Source of the DNA: Oikopleura dioica
Lineage: Eukaryota; Animalia; Chordata
Length of the DNA stretch: 64,000 bases
Reading direction: 5' to 3'
Assembly: GCA_907165135.1 (NCBI GenBank)
Contig: OU015566.1
Coordinates: 14,469,023-14,533,022 of the forward strand
How positions within the stretch are numbered: position 1 is the first letter of the stretch; every line of letters begins with the position of its first letter. Of the stretch, positions 1-12,141 are shown piece after piece. The position numbers and the translations under genes are program-made. Under the pieces are notes generated by a model. The model did not search any database, was not told the origin of the DNA, and worked only from the letters and a program-made list of their open reading frames with translations.

Positions 1-101
1 GGGGCGATTTTGGCGTCGTCATCTTTCCAGGAGACTCTCAGTATGTTTATCTGTTCAAAGTTTGATAAAAACACTGTTTCTTCATAGGACAGTTCAATAT
101 A

Positions 102-868
102 CAGTGGGTATGGTCAATTTAGCAGCGGGCAAATTAGCAGATTTTGCTCAAAATCGAAAAAATTTTAAAAATCGTTATTTTCCCCGAAAAAGTTACACTG
201 GTCCATATTTTTCTTGAGTCGGCAACTTGCCAATGACAAGTAAAATGGCAAGTTTGGCAAGGCAAGTACTTGCCTTGCCTTGTCTTGCCAAGGGAATTAT
301 CCTGGCAAGCTAATGGCAAGTTAATGGCTAGGTCTTTTTCCCTTGATTTTTATGAAGAGTTCATGCTCAAAAATCATTTTCTAAAGTAAAACAAGTCATT
401 TTCACAGAGAATGAGGAACAAAACAGTCGGTCAGTTTTTGAAAAACTACTCAAAGACCCATCGGGCCGGACCTGAAACTCCGCTCGTGTTAGTATCTAGC
501 AAATTTCTTGAAATTATCTTGCCAGAACTAGCCATTTCTATAACTTTCCATGGCAAGTAACTTGTCTTGCCATCAGTACGTGACAGCAAAGGAATGATTT
601 TGATGGATAGAGTTTTGATAGGCCGGTAAGCCAAATGTAGCAATCTTATTGGCTCCGAGTAATGGGTTCCTTTGGTGTACGTTACTATATTATTCACTCA
701 TTTGGTGTCTCGTCTTATCATAATTGTTCTTTTTCTTTGTTAATACCAAATTTAATGATTTGAAAATTCTGGTCTCGAAGTTCGGAATTTTTTTGGAAAA
801 TGGTCAATTTAGCATATTTTGTCGAAATCTGCCAAAAAAACTACCTGCTAATTTGACCATACCTACTG
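102..868. mobile_element. Non-autonomous Tc1/mariner-type MITE
   Basis: Terminal inverted repeats CAGTGGGTATGGTCAATTTAGCAG (102-) and CTGCTAATTTGACCATACCTACTG (-868), flanked on both sides by TA; internal GGCAAG-rich palindromic repeats; no transposase ORF. Confidence 0.8.
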
Positions 869-1299
869 TATATGGCGACTGTACAATTATGAATGGACCC
901 AAATTGGAACTCCTCAATGGTTTGATGAATGAAGCTTTTCTTTTTTTTAGAAATTTTTAAGGACCCCGCGAAGATATTATGCGAGAGCCCTGCTTTTCCC
1001 AAATAATGAGGTCAAATGCATTTTCTTTCTAAATAACTAAATCTGTTGAAGGTAATGGTCGTCGGTGGCGACTGATATCGCAAATTCACGAAATTCACCT
1101 TCAACGACGATTTCACTTCGATCGAAGGAGAAGACCTCGACCATTTACCAGAGACTGACGACTACGATGATCCTTTTGCTATTCTAGTGCCTGACGGCTT
1201 CTGTACACTTTAAACTAGAAAATCGAACGAGAGAAAAATAATGTTTGTTTTACGAGAATTTTATTGACGAACAGAAAGGCCGACTTGAGCAGCTTTTTT

Positions 1300-1690
1300 A
1301 AAAATGTCTTCCGAAGTCTCATCAAGAAAAAAAACAAATCATCTTTTTGTTACATAGAAAAGCTCTTACAGTCCTCATTGTCTTTTTTTTTGCGCTGGGA
1401 TTTCTCAGCAACAGTTTCTTTCTCAGGCTCTTCTTCTGTAACCGGAGCCAAGGTCTGTTTTGGAAGATGCTCATGCTCGGGCTTTTCTTCTTCGGGCATT
1501 GAAATGTCTTCCTAGACGAACTCAGGAGTTAGAATTGTTCAATCACTGTATTCCTCCAATAAGAGTAGCTAACCGTTTTCCTTTGCTTTGGAAGATTCGC
1601 CGTCAAGAAGAGCAATGAGCTTCTCAATATTCTCGTTGATTTTTAGCACTCTTGTTTCTATCCTATCAGCCCGTCGTTTCTCTCAAATTT
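1300..1690 (-). pseudogene. Unidentified acidic/coiled-coil coding fragment
   Basis: Minus-strand translations read MPEEEKPEHEHLPKQTLAPVTEEEPEKETVAEKSQRKKK and RRADRIETRVLKINENIEKLIALLDGESSKA; no family recognised. Confidence 0.3.
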
Positions 1691-1757
1691 TGGAGCAGGC
1701 TTTGTTCTACTTAATTCAGAGAGTTTTTTTGGAAAAACGGGCAAAACGGTTGCTGCC

Positions 1758-2532
1758 ATGTCGGAAACTCAAGAATCTGAAATTCTGAAAGACCAGATTT
1801 TAAACTCAAGCCAAAAAATGAAACCCAACCTGCCCTCTTGCTGCTCTACGGAGACTCAATCGACAAAAAAGACGAACTCCGACCTAACGACATCGACGTC
1901 TATTGGGCTGCTACCACGTCTGGCCCTGGAACACGAGAGTGATCAGATCGCACTACGAAACGGCTACTGATCCCACAAAGGTTTGATCAAAATTCATTTT
2001 CTTCTATGATTTCAAAAAGGAATGGGTCGAGGAGCGAATCCGGCAGTTTCCAGTTCAGGGCGAATTCCTCAACATCAGTTCAGCCGATGGCCTGTTCGAC
2101 TTCATATTTGATGTCCAGTAGGGCAAAATCTCTCCCACCGTTTGGTGCCACAACGTTCCAGCGGGAACCTGTGAAGGAAAGACTGCTGCTGGTTGACTAC
2201 GACAACTCAGAATTCGGCACTAGAGCTTTTGACCTCGCCTACTACATCATTCACTTCTACGAGAAATTCAACAAAGATATTAACAAAGACTCCTTGAACA
2301 TGTACTTGCATGAGTACAACAGAATCAGCGAAGTCCGCCAATTTTCAATCGAAGGTACTTTAACCTAAGCAGTGCAAGGTCTCAAATTCCTCCTAGAGCT
2401 GGAGCAAGAAATGAGCTGCGTCTGGCCATATCTTTTCATGGAGCAATCCGTGTTCTACCGCTCAATCGGCGTCGACGAGGACTTCTGCAACTTCCTGTTC
2501 AACTTAATGCGAGAAATAAAGTCTAAGATTTG
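1758..2532 (+). pseudogene. Choline/ethanolamine kinase-like gene, disabled
   Basis: SPTVWCHN (Brenner motif start) followed by a frameshift, then LLLVDYDNSEFGTRAFDLAYY; in-frame TAG at 2119-2121; ends ...REIKSKI* at 2532. Confidence 0.7.
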
Positions 2533-3167
2533 AAAACTTCGTTTATTAGTAATTAAGAAGGAGAGAATTCTATGAATATTTCTTTCAGAACTGCTTTCAC
2601 TAGAATTTGAATAAACTCCAATTTTATAGATCGCAAAAATATCAGAAAATGCAATTTGAAAATGAATTTTTCTAAGAAAGTTTGCGAACTGGCCTCTCGC
2701 TTCCGGAAAATATCAATCCTTTGTGCTCCTGGCGAGGCAAATTCCCGCTGGAAGTCCTATCAGCAAACACGCTCCGCATTTTCGCACCGATTGCTTGATC
2801 ATCTGCTCGATTTCCTGGTCGGTGGAAATGTGCACAGGCAGCGCGGGTCCGTCGTCTTGACTGGTGCAGCCGGCGTTGGCGCTGAATTGGCGCGGCGGCC
2901 AATCAGCGCCCGCGCTGCCAACTTTCCCACGCGCCGCGTCGAGTTTTCTTTTTTTTTTCGAAAACGGCGAAAATCGCCGCTTTTTGTTTTTTTTTGAATA
3001 AAAGGGCTGAAAATCAGCCCTAGAATTTATGAAGAAGGAAGAAGAAGATTTTATTAAAATTTTTTATGAAAAAAAAAGAGATTTTAGGAAGAAAATTGAA
3101 GAAGAAGAAGAAAAAGAGATAAAGAGAAGAAAGGAGAAGAAAAAGGAAGAAAAAAGGTAGGAGAAAA

Positions 3168-3392
3168 ACCTGTGTAAAAAACCTGAGTCAGGGCTCAGGA
3201 AAAGCAAAGAAGAAAAGCCGCTTAGCGGCTTTTTTAGAAAACGAAGCCGAAATCGGCTTCGTTGGAAAAAATAACTTCGTTTCGTTTTAAAATTCTTCAG
3301 AAGCCGATTTCGGCTTCTTTTACTGAAAAAGCTGCTAAGCAGCTTTTATTTTTCACTATTCCTGAGCCCTGACTCAGGTTTTCTACACAGGT
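3168..3392. mobile_element. MITE/foldback element (CTGAGTCAGGG family)
   Basis: TIRs ACCTGTGTAAAAAACCTGAGTCAGGGCTCAGGAA and TTCCTGAGCCCTGACTCAGGTTTTCTACACAGGT; internal palindromes AAGCCG..CGGCTT; related copies at ~16987-17065 and 50074-50250. Confidence 0.8.
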
Positions 3393-3451
3393 TCTTTTAA
3401 AATTGGGGGGGAAAGATTTGGGAGAAAAAAAGAGCTATTGAAAGCTCTGTT

Positions 3452-3728
3452 AGGACCCTGACTCAGGCTTTCTTTAAAAGAGAAAGCCAATTTCTTGTAG
3501 CTGAGAATCCCTTTTTTTTTCGCCGGAAGTAAAAAAACAGGGTAGCTCAGTGGCCAGAGCGCGGATTAATTTCCGGGACGTGGGTTCGAATCCTACTCCT
3601 GCACTTCTGGCGCGAAAAAAAGGATTTTCAGCCGCTAGAAATCGGCTTTTTCTTCTAAAAAACGAAGCCGTTAAGCGGCCTCTCTTAATTTTAAGGCTAA
3701 AAAAGGGGGAAATCTGAGTCAGGGTCCT
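3452..3728. mobile_element. Foldback element of the same family with a tRNA-like core
   Basis: Outer inverted pair AGGACCCTGACTCAG / CTGAGTCAGGGTCCT; imperfect inverted arms continue inward to a tRNA-like centre. Confidence 0.6.
3536..3604 (+). tRNA. Degenerate tRNA-like sequence (pseudo-tRNA or SINE head)
   Basis: A box TAGCTCAGTGG, D stem GCTC/GAGC, T arm GTGGG-TTCGAAT-CCTAC (B box). The anticodon arm is abnormal (4-bp stem, 6-nt loop TTAATT) and the acceptor stem is only partly paired. Confidence 0.6.
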
Positions 3729-3919
3729 GAGAGAGGTCATTTTCGGAGAGCTCGAATGCCTGATTCAGGTTTTTTAATGAAAAAAAGGGCTGAGAAGCCG
3801 ATATTCTCCAGAAAACTGAGTAGAAAACCGGAGTCAGGTTTCAAAAGAGCTAAAATGAAAAGTCCCAATGCTTTTATTTCGAAAACGAAGCCGCAAGCGG
3901 CTTTTACAAGCGATAAAAA

Positions 3920-4520
3920 TGGCTCAGATCAATTCATTCATCTTCCGAACCCACCAAAGAAAGGAGCAGCTAAGAAAGAAGACCCAAAAGAAAGAAGAAG
4001 CGCCAAAGAAAAAGGACAAGCCAAAGAAAGAAAAGAAGGAAAAGAAGCCTCAGCCAGCGAAAGCAGCCGAACCAGAAAAGCCAGCCGAATTTTCATCCCT
4101 AGAAAACAATTCTTTCAGCAAGAGCTTCCGATGTAAACCTCTACTCTCGATCTGCTCTTCACGGTAATTACTGCACGATTGCGATCATTCTGCGCGCCGG
4201 GTCCCGAAATACAGTCGATATTCCAAACGGCGTCGCTCACTTGGACGAGAAAATGGCCATTGGAGCGACTCTCGATTCTTTTGCTTCGAGAACGCAAGTC
4301 AGAGAGTTTTTGGAGATAATCGGCGGAATTAGCGACTCCCAGACTGACCAAGAAGGGCAAGTAAGCCGCTACAAAGCTGCTGCCGATCCCAACGAATCTT
4401 CGGAAGACGATCTAAAGGTAAAAAACTAGAATTACAGGCCAGAGAAGCATTATTCCTAGCTGCGGACGTGGCAAGACAAAGCAGAGGAGCTAGAACTGAC
4501 AAATGAACATTTGGAGAAGA
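3920..4520 (+). pseudogene. Lys/Glu-rich coding fragments, unidentified
   Basis: KEEAPKKKDKPKKEKKEKKPQPAKAAEPEKPAEF and DEKMAIGATLDSFASRTQVREFLEIIGG, broken by frameshifts and stops. Confidence 0.35.
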
Positions 4521-4934
4521 GGCTTGAGAAGATCCGACAAGCGAGAATGAAAATTTGAACCAAGATTTCCATCGAAGACAAAATAAAACTCTGCCAGCGA
4601 AATTTTGCATCTCTTCAACCTCACTTCACTTTCATGCCTTTGAACGACTCACTCTATGAATTCTTTAAATCGGAAAAAAATAAAGATATCATAATTCGGC
4701 TTCTCGTCTCATAATCCTCAATCTTTACAAGTGAAAAGTACATCACTCATTATTCAACTTCGATGTTCCCATATGCAAGTGTATCTACAATTTCGCATAT
4801 AAACTAGTTTGAGTTTAAGACAATTCTGCATGACACAATTCTGCTAAAGTAACAGTACAGGCCTACTTTTTCCAAGAATACCTATCTTTATGTTACAAAT
4901 TGTGACTTTTGTCTACAAAAATAAGCCTTTAGAA

Positions 4935-7572
4935 ATGAGCAAGAAAAGGAGATTCGGCTTTGACAAGAAGCAGGCAACGTTTTCGTCTTTGTCCTCGTCG
5001 CTTATGATGACTTCCCTTCTGCGCCAGAACGAAAGATTCTATTTCGAGTTCGCCGACAGTGACAGTCTGCTTGTGGAGATAGAAGAGCAGTACGCTTATG
5101 TCGAATGCACGGATTTCACTCTGAAAAGCTGCCGAGGCGCTTCAGGAACAGCATGTCTTTGGCTCGGACGAGTACTGGATTGCCGCGGCGACGACGTTCT
5201 TCTTTGCGGGCTTCAGGGAGGAACCACTCTGGAAATGCGAAACGAGACGATCGACAATCCGCAGAAAGACGTCTCGCCAGAAGAGCAGAAGGAACTAGAC
5301 GCGGAGCTAATCCACGAAATCCGCAACTGCAGCTACCATCTGACCAAGTTGGACTACTTTCACAAGTTCATGCGCCTCCTGCTCGCCGAGTGCAAGGACA
5401 TTTTGAAAGTGCCGATGGAGGATGACTCTGGACATCAAGTGCTCATTCGACTGCTCTTTTCGGTGGTTTACACGATCGTGGAAATCTTGAGAAGACCGCC
5501 GGCGCCGTTGGACAGCGAAGAGCGGCAAAAAGTGCACTTTTCTTTCAAGCAGAGTTTGCAGGATTCGGTCGAGTATATCGACGATTTGTTGATGATTCTA
5601 GTCGATGTTAACTCATCGTCGTTAGGTAAGAGCTGATTATTCAAGCGTCGTTATTGAAAAGTTGTAGCTCCCGTAATTCCGATGAAAAAAGCTGTCCTTC
5701 TGAAGTGGAAATTAACATTGGCGACTTTCGAGAAATGGAACGAAGCAAGAATAAAAACGAAAAGCGATACTTGCAGAAATCGAGTTCCCAGCTGATATCA
5801 TGCGAGAACTGACGCCAGTGACGACTCACATCGACACAATGGTGATGAACATGGCGGAAGGGCAGATTGACTACAACGGCCCGCAGCACAGACCCAAGCT
5901 TCAGCGAAATCAAAAGCGGAATACGAGCGAGCTTGAAGACGAATTCGACAATTTAGATGACGAAAATGCGGAGAATAGGCCGTCTACTCCCACTCCCACG
6001 CTCGGTCGCGGCTCCAGAAGGCCGAGTTTGACGTCTTCACGGCCGACCAGCCCGTCCAGAGAGTCCGAGAGCTCTCTAGGCCCGAGCTTTGACAGTCCCC
6101 TTGCCACGTGGACGTATCCTTATCTTCCCTGGAAGCCGAAAGTGACGCTGAGCGAGATTGACGACTTCGTCAGAATGGCGCGCTCGAAGTACCTCGACTA
6201 CAGCTTCAAATACCCAAAAACAGAGGCGCAAATGCTCGCAGCGGTTCAGAATCGTTTCGGACTCCCGAAGCCGACCAGAACAGCATGAAAATAATGGACA
6301 AATACATTTACAAAAGCCTGGCCGATGTACAACGCGAAAAATGGGCGGAAACGGAGAAACACCAACAAGAAAAAAGGAAACTTCTTCGATCGAAAAGTTG
6401 TACGAGCGAATCTGGCAGAATCTATCAATGAATGTGATTTCGCTGTTGAAATAATTGCTGGCAGCGGCGCCGACTGCGAATAAAAGCGATATATTCATGC
6501 AGGATCAGATGGGGCCGCATTCCATTCAATTAGGAAGGGTTCAAAAGCTTTAAAAATCGGGTAGAAATTACTGTTATAAATTCATTCTCAACCCAAAAAT
6601 AGAAGGAACGCAGCTCTTCAAACTTCCTGTCATGCTGATCGGACTCGACGTCAGCCGCCACAAAGAAATCGTGACAAAAGCAATCTCTGGATTTATCCTG
6701 CTTTTGATGAAGCACCTCTTATCGCCAAGTTTTTCAACCAGAATATGACCGTCTTCGTAACTCAAAGAAATCAAATTCCAAAGCTAGATTTACGAAATGC
6801 TATTCGAGGTAAATCCCATTTTTCGTCTTGAAAAGGGATCATTTTCTAGGGCTGCCAATCATCCAAGCGCTGATAGAACGAGCAACTGAAGAACAGATGC
6901 CCTACTGTTGGCGAAACATGTTCTCTTCAATTTGTTTCTTGAGAATACTCGTCAAAATCATGAAAGGAAAGCCTTGGCGCGTCATATGTTTGGTCAAATA
7001 CAAAGCCACGAACATTTTCAAAAAGACTCTTTTGGTCAAACACGGTGTTTTTCACATCTACGTTTTGAAAGTCATCAAGCTTCACGCGAGATTTTTGGGA
7101 AGACAGTGGAGGAAAAGTAATATGGACGTGGTTTCCGGAATTAACGGGTATTTGGGCTTTTGGCTTTTTGAAACAATTTCGATAATTTCAGCATGGTGCG
7201 CCATCATTTGACAGACGATTGGGCTTTCTTCAATGCAGAGCCGGACAAGGAATCTTCAGTCCAAGAGGAAAATAAAATCACGCAGACCTGCTCCTCTTTC
7301 AACAGAATAGTCTACCTCCCCGAAGATCAGGAGTGGACCAAAACTGGACATATCGCCAAGTTCAATGAGGTAATTTTCATAATCCTGGTTATATTTTCAA
7401 ATCTCGGTTCAAGATTCGCCTGCCGCCAAATTTTGGGAGTCGCTACAAAGCTTGGCTGGAAAAGGAGGTCATGAGCGTCAACGTCGACTGGGATCAACTG
7501 CTGAGTCCGGAGAACGCAGCCTCTGTCTATCAAGCCGAAGACCAGCCGGTTGCTGAAACCGCTGCCGCATAA
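4935..7572 (+). pseudogene. STRIP1: STRIP1/2 (FAM40, STRIPAK) homolog with frameshifts and an internal deletion
   Basis: Motifs FEFADSD..EIEEQYAY, LPWKPKV, LLAAAPT, GLDVSRHKEIVTKAIS, CWRNMFS, LGRQWRKSNMD, VRHHLTDDWA and YKAWLEKEV..VDWDQLL match the STRIP family. About 20 codons are missing between KH and PLIAKFF, with a frameshift (~6720). Confidence 0.85.
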
Positions 7573-7703
7573 TTTCTCAAAACCACTGTCCAAATGATGA
7601 TTTATTACCTAAACGACGTTTCTACTTGTTCAAACTTTTTCCTTGTTAAATACAACTTTCACCGATTCCACTTTTCTTCTGATGAATCTTCTTTCAGAAA
7701 AGG

Positions 7704-8888
7704 ATGATTCGAAGTCGCGTTTTTTCGTCTTTTCTTTCGCGGAGTAGTCGCAGGAACAATCGAGTAGCCCTCCGATCTCCCTCTTTGGCGAAGTTTGAAA
7801 ACGAGTCCTTCGTCGAACTCAATAAAGACCCCTTCAAGACCGAAATCAAAAAGATTCCCATTGACGATTTTCGCTCTTTGACTCTGGTGACGCGCCCATC
7901 TCGACATGGAACTCACACGACTGTTGGATTGTGTTTTGCCGCGGGATCGAGGCATACTGGCGCCTTTTCTCCTGGAATCAGTCATCTTGACCAAGCGCTC
8001 GCTTTTGGGAAATGCAGCTCTTTTGAAAGTCGAAATGAAATTCGGGAACGGGTCAAAACTTTAAAATTCAATCTTTTGGATTCTCTTTCTTGATTTCAAT
8101 GATTTCTTAACCTTGAAAAAAGGATTATTTGGACAAATGCGGGGCCATTTTCGACGCTCAAAGCGACCATGAGACGACGATCTACGCCTTGTCCATCATG
8201 AACAAGCACATTTCAGAGGGAATCAAGGTGCTCTTCGATACGGCATTTCAACCGATGCTCACTGAGAACTGCATTGAAGAAGCCCTGGCTTCGGTGGAAA
8301 ATGAACTAAAGCATAACGAATTTGAAGCTGTCCGAGTTAATGAAATTTGCGAAATGGCTATTCATGCAGGCTTCAATCACTCGACTCGTGGTCTTGGAAT
8401 CAAACGAAGCATGTAGATCCGTCTTTTGGGGTTTCTCAATCAAGGTAAACTATCAAGTTTATTTTATCGTGCGAAATTAATATTCAGTCTTCCATCCGAA
8501 CCGGCAGTTTGGACGGGTGGAGCGGCGCACTTGATTTCTGGTTCATCTTCGTTCTCGATTCTCGGCGACGAAAGCAATTCACAAACTTACTCTTCAATCG
8601 CCTGGGAAGCTTTGAGCATCAACGACCCAGATCGCTACACCTGCCACGTTTTACGCGCCATGCTGGGCGGCCAAAGCTACTTCGAATCGGGCGGCCCGGG
8701 CAAAGGAATCACCAGTCTCTTGTGCACGCAGATCTTGGCGAATACTCGCAGAAATCCGGTTTCTCCGAAGTAGACCAACTTCTCTCCGGCTTTCTTTTCG
8801 CGCTTGAACAAGACGATGTCGAAAGAGCGGTGAAAATCATGAATCAATCTTCTCGTGAGCTGAGGACTAGCGCTGGTTTCTTCTTATA
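7704..8888 (+). pseudogene. PMPCA: Mitochondrial processing peptidase alpha subunit-like, internally deleted
   Basis: M16 motifs TVGLCFAAGSRH..GISHL and glycine-rich loop MLGGQSYFESGGPGKG; stop after GIKRSM and a missing middle segment. Confidence 0.8.
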
Positions 8889-8944
8889 ATCGACTTGCAT
8901 AGGTAAGCTCCTTTCCCGACCCCTGTTTCTACATATTTTTTAGT

Positions 8945-10070
8945 AAATCTTCAACTGCCAGAAGCCTCAAAGATCGTCTCTCCTTTTCCAACCGTCAAGA
9001 ATCACCAGCTGTACTTCATGAAGAATTCGTCTCGTCGCTAGAAAACCCAATCGTCGTTTACAACCGCGTTCCAAAAACTGCCTCCACTGCCTTTACCCAT
9101 CTTCTCTACGACCTAACCAGAGGTAAGCACTTCTTTCCCGGCTCTTATCTTAAAAACGCACTAGAAAACTCATTCTACGTCATCCATGTTAATACAACCG
9201 TGCCTAGACAGAATCCCGCAATCATGTCCCTCCAGGATCAAATGCTCCTTCGACAAAATATGACGACTTGGGGCCTTACTCCTGCCTTTTATCATGGTCA
9301 TTTCGCCTTCTTCAACGTCCCAAATGTCTTCTAGATCAATTTGGTTCGGTAAGAGCGCCTTTCAATAGAATTTGTCTTAAAATATTAAGGAACCCATTTG
9401 ACCGACTGGTCTCGAACTACTACTTTCTCCGATATGGTGATAACTTCCGAAAAGGACTTCTGAGGAGTAAGAACGGCGATACGACGACCTTCAACGAATG
9501 CGCGAAGAAAGAGTCAAGCAAAGACTGCTCGATTCAGAAAATGTGGATTCAGGTAACTCGAATCAGGGTCTTCAGATGTCAGCCGCATTCATGTAGATCT
9601 CTTAGAACCTCTCTGTATGATGGCGTAAGGGTCTGAAAATTGCCCCAATGAACGCGATTCTTGATCTAAATTTTAGATTCTAAAATTGCAAAGAGTCTTA
9701 TAGGAGACACCAAAGTGTGCCGCCCGGATAGGAGGGGGTCAAGGGCGAGCCCGACCGCAGCTTTGCCTCATCTGAAAATGCTCTTGTTTCTGATAATGCA
9801 AGCTTGTAATCGCTGACATTCATCTTTAGATTCCTTATTTCTGCGGCCAAGTTGCAGCATGCTGGGAGCCCGGAAGCCAGTGGGCTCTTGATAGAGCGAA
9901 GCAAAACGTCCTCGAACACTATTTTCTCGTGGGAAAGACCGAAAATCTGATAGAATTTGTTGAACTCCTGGAGAACGAAATTCCTGCAGTCTTCAAGGTA
10001 ATTTTCACAAAGAGACGTTCAAAATCCTCGGCAAATATCTCGAGAAGGAGCTGGCCGAGTCAAACATAAA
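8945..10070 (+). pseudogene. HS2ST1: Heparan sulfate 2-O-sulfotransferase, C-terminally truncated
   Basis: VYNRVPKTASTAF (5'-PSB), FYHGH, RNPFDRLVSNYYFLRYGDNFR and WIQ|IPYFCGQ..WALDRAKQN; the normal C-terminus is not visible. Confidence 0.85.
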
Positions 10071-10339
10071 AGTGTGTAGACTCGCGGCAAGCAAGGTGAC
10101 GACGCTAAAATCGACCTTCGCAAGCATGAGTAATCAGCTGGGCGTCAAGTACTCTGATGTCAAGTTCATTACCTCCAAGAATTCCTCGACGCGGAAGTTA
10201 TGCATCCTGACTCATACTTCCAACTTTCTGGTCGCTGTTTCGAGTGGTCCCTTATTGAGTTTCTTAGGTAGCGTACCCATATCAAACTGCATTTGAACTA
10301 ATCGGTGATTTAGCCATGACTTCTCTGTGGCAAACTACG

Positions 10340-11065
10340 CCTCAAAGTTAAAGTTTGCAGCTTTGGCGCATTACTCAAACTTCTTCGCTTCTTTCGCTTG
10401 TTGGCCTCGAGAAAAGTCACTTGAAATTGCGAGAACGATCAGCAAACGAGAAATCGCAATTGTAAACTCTCTTCCTTCGGTAAAACAAAGTCAGATTTCC
10501 TCGGCAGCGGAGTTCGTCGCAGCTATAGAAGAATTCTTCGACAACCACCGTCGACGGTCCAAAGACCGTTTTTCAGGTAAGATTTAGTCTGCTATTTTCT
10601 TTTAAAAAACTTGTTCACTAGGAGGTCAGAAAGGAATTCTGCGGGAGGCTTGATAAAATCGTCGAAAAATACTTGAGTAAGGCGCGACAAAAAAAGCCTT
10701 TCGCGGAGATTTTCTTCTTTTACAAACTCAAACTGGTCGACAACAAGATGGTCCCTCCGATGGTCAAAAACATCGAATCCGATTCAGTACACTAAGTAAA
10801 CGACTCGCAAATTTCAAAATATTGAATATGAAATTCAGGGACGAAAAGATGCAACTGGTAAACGCAGATAGCAGTAATCCCAATCTTCCGCCTGTGTGTG
10901 TTGCTTTCAAGCTCTTCACTAAAATGGGTTCAATGGTGAATGTCGCAGACTGTGGCTTGACTCCTTCAAGTGTATTCTTGAAACCGGAAACAAGAAAATC
11001 AAGAAGGAAGACTTGGATGCCACCTTTTTTCAATCAGTCAGCGATCTTCAGTTCCTCGGCCTTCT
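10340..11065 (+). pseudogene. ORC3: ORC3-like C-terminal fragment
   Basis: NPNLPPVCVAFKLFTKMGSMVNVAD resembles the ORC3 winged-helix segment PDICIAYKL...LINLVDW; stops and frameshifts are present. Confidence 0.5.
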
Positions 11066-11213
11066 GAAACCCGCACAGCGAAAAACCGATCACGTCCAGA
11101 AAGTCACCTGGGCACTCTGAACATTAGAATTCACTTGTTTATCCACTTATCACTGCCTCTCAAATTAAAAACTAAGCCTGTCATCCTTTTGACTCTAAAA
11201 GGTCACTTTCAGC

Positions 11214-11470
11214 ATGACTCGGGCGAAATGCAAGGATGGCATCAAGAATATCTTGAAGTTGAGTTCTTGCGGCATCGTTCCACCCGCCTTGTATGAATCT
11301 GGCGCGGCTGGTTAGGGCAAGACGCACGTTCCGAAGCAGATCATTGCGGAAAGGCTTCCAGTTTTCGTCGTGATCGAGCTGGCAAACTTGTTCATCAAGA
11401 ATCAGCCAGAAGCAGCGACATCTCTCGCTCAACATGAAAAGTTCATACCAGACAATCGCTTGTGCGTCAT
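11214..11470 (+). pseudogene. ORC5: ORC5-like N-terminal AAA+ fragment
   Basis: MTRAKCKDGIKNILKL...PPALYESGAAG*GKTHV: a Walker A near the N-terminus with TAG at 11313-11315 inside the P-loop. Confidence 0.45.
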
Positions 11471-11479
11471 TTTCGAGTC

Positions 11480-11870
11480 TCGAGTTGCCTTTCGAGTACA
11501 TGCGGCGAATCATCACCGATTTCGACTTATTCTTCGCCCTCTTCGTCAACCTGCACATGTTGTTCAACTATTCAACGCTTCCTTCCGCGATCCCGGCTAC
11601 ACTTCTTCCCGCTTCTACTTCTCCAGCCGCAACTGCTCGAAATTTATCTCCCCGAAGCCGACTTGCTCGCACCACTGCTCCGTCTGCGCCAAATGCGTCA
11701 TTCAGATGGGTACCAATTCGCTCTCCATTCATGCTTTTTGATCCTCTTTGCTATAGACCACCACTGGATCAACAACTACGTGGGCAATTTCAATCGGCGC
11801 TACTTCTTCAACTTCTGCCTGCTCCTCATCTCCGAACGCCAGACCACGCTTCAGGTACAAAACTCGCCTA
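11480..11870 (+). pseudogene. DHHC palmitoyltransferase fragment (ZDHHC16-like)
   Basis: PKPTCSHHCSVCAKCVIQM|DHHWINNYVGNFNRRYFFNFC: cysteine-rich domain in which the catalytic Cys-Pro of DHHCPW is lost. Confidence 0.75.
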
Positions 11871-12141
11871 ACAAATAAACCTCCTTATACCATTATTTAA
11901 GCGAATGCATCCGACAAAAGCCCCTTCTCCGCGCAGCCGCTGCTTCGAGAACTGGCTCAAGTTCTACAGCATCCTTACCTTTAGCCCATTTTTTACCCGA
12001 TTTCTGATTCCTTCACCTCATTTGCCAATCGACAGCGGTGTCCCGGAGCATCTGAGCCAACTTCCGGCAGACCTCTTTACGAAAAGAGTAGAGAAAGGAT
12101 CCCATATTTTTTTGTTCAGACAGTGCGTTATCGGATTGAAA

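Noticed and set aside
256-279. 24-bp perfect palindrome GGCAAGGCAAGTACTTGCCTTGCC as a regulatory site
   Set aside because: It is explained as internal structure of the 102-868 MITE.
3536-3604. Functional tRNA gene
   Set aside because: There is no 7-nt anticodon loop, and the terminal acceptor pairs are mismatched.
7327-7593. Minus-strand ORFs overlapping recognised genes (e.g. 7327-7593, 19597-20448, 17086-17346)
   Set aside because: They are antisense shadows of STRIP, clathrin and DDX55 coding sequence.
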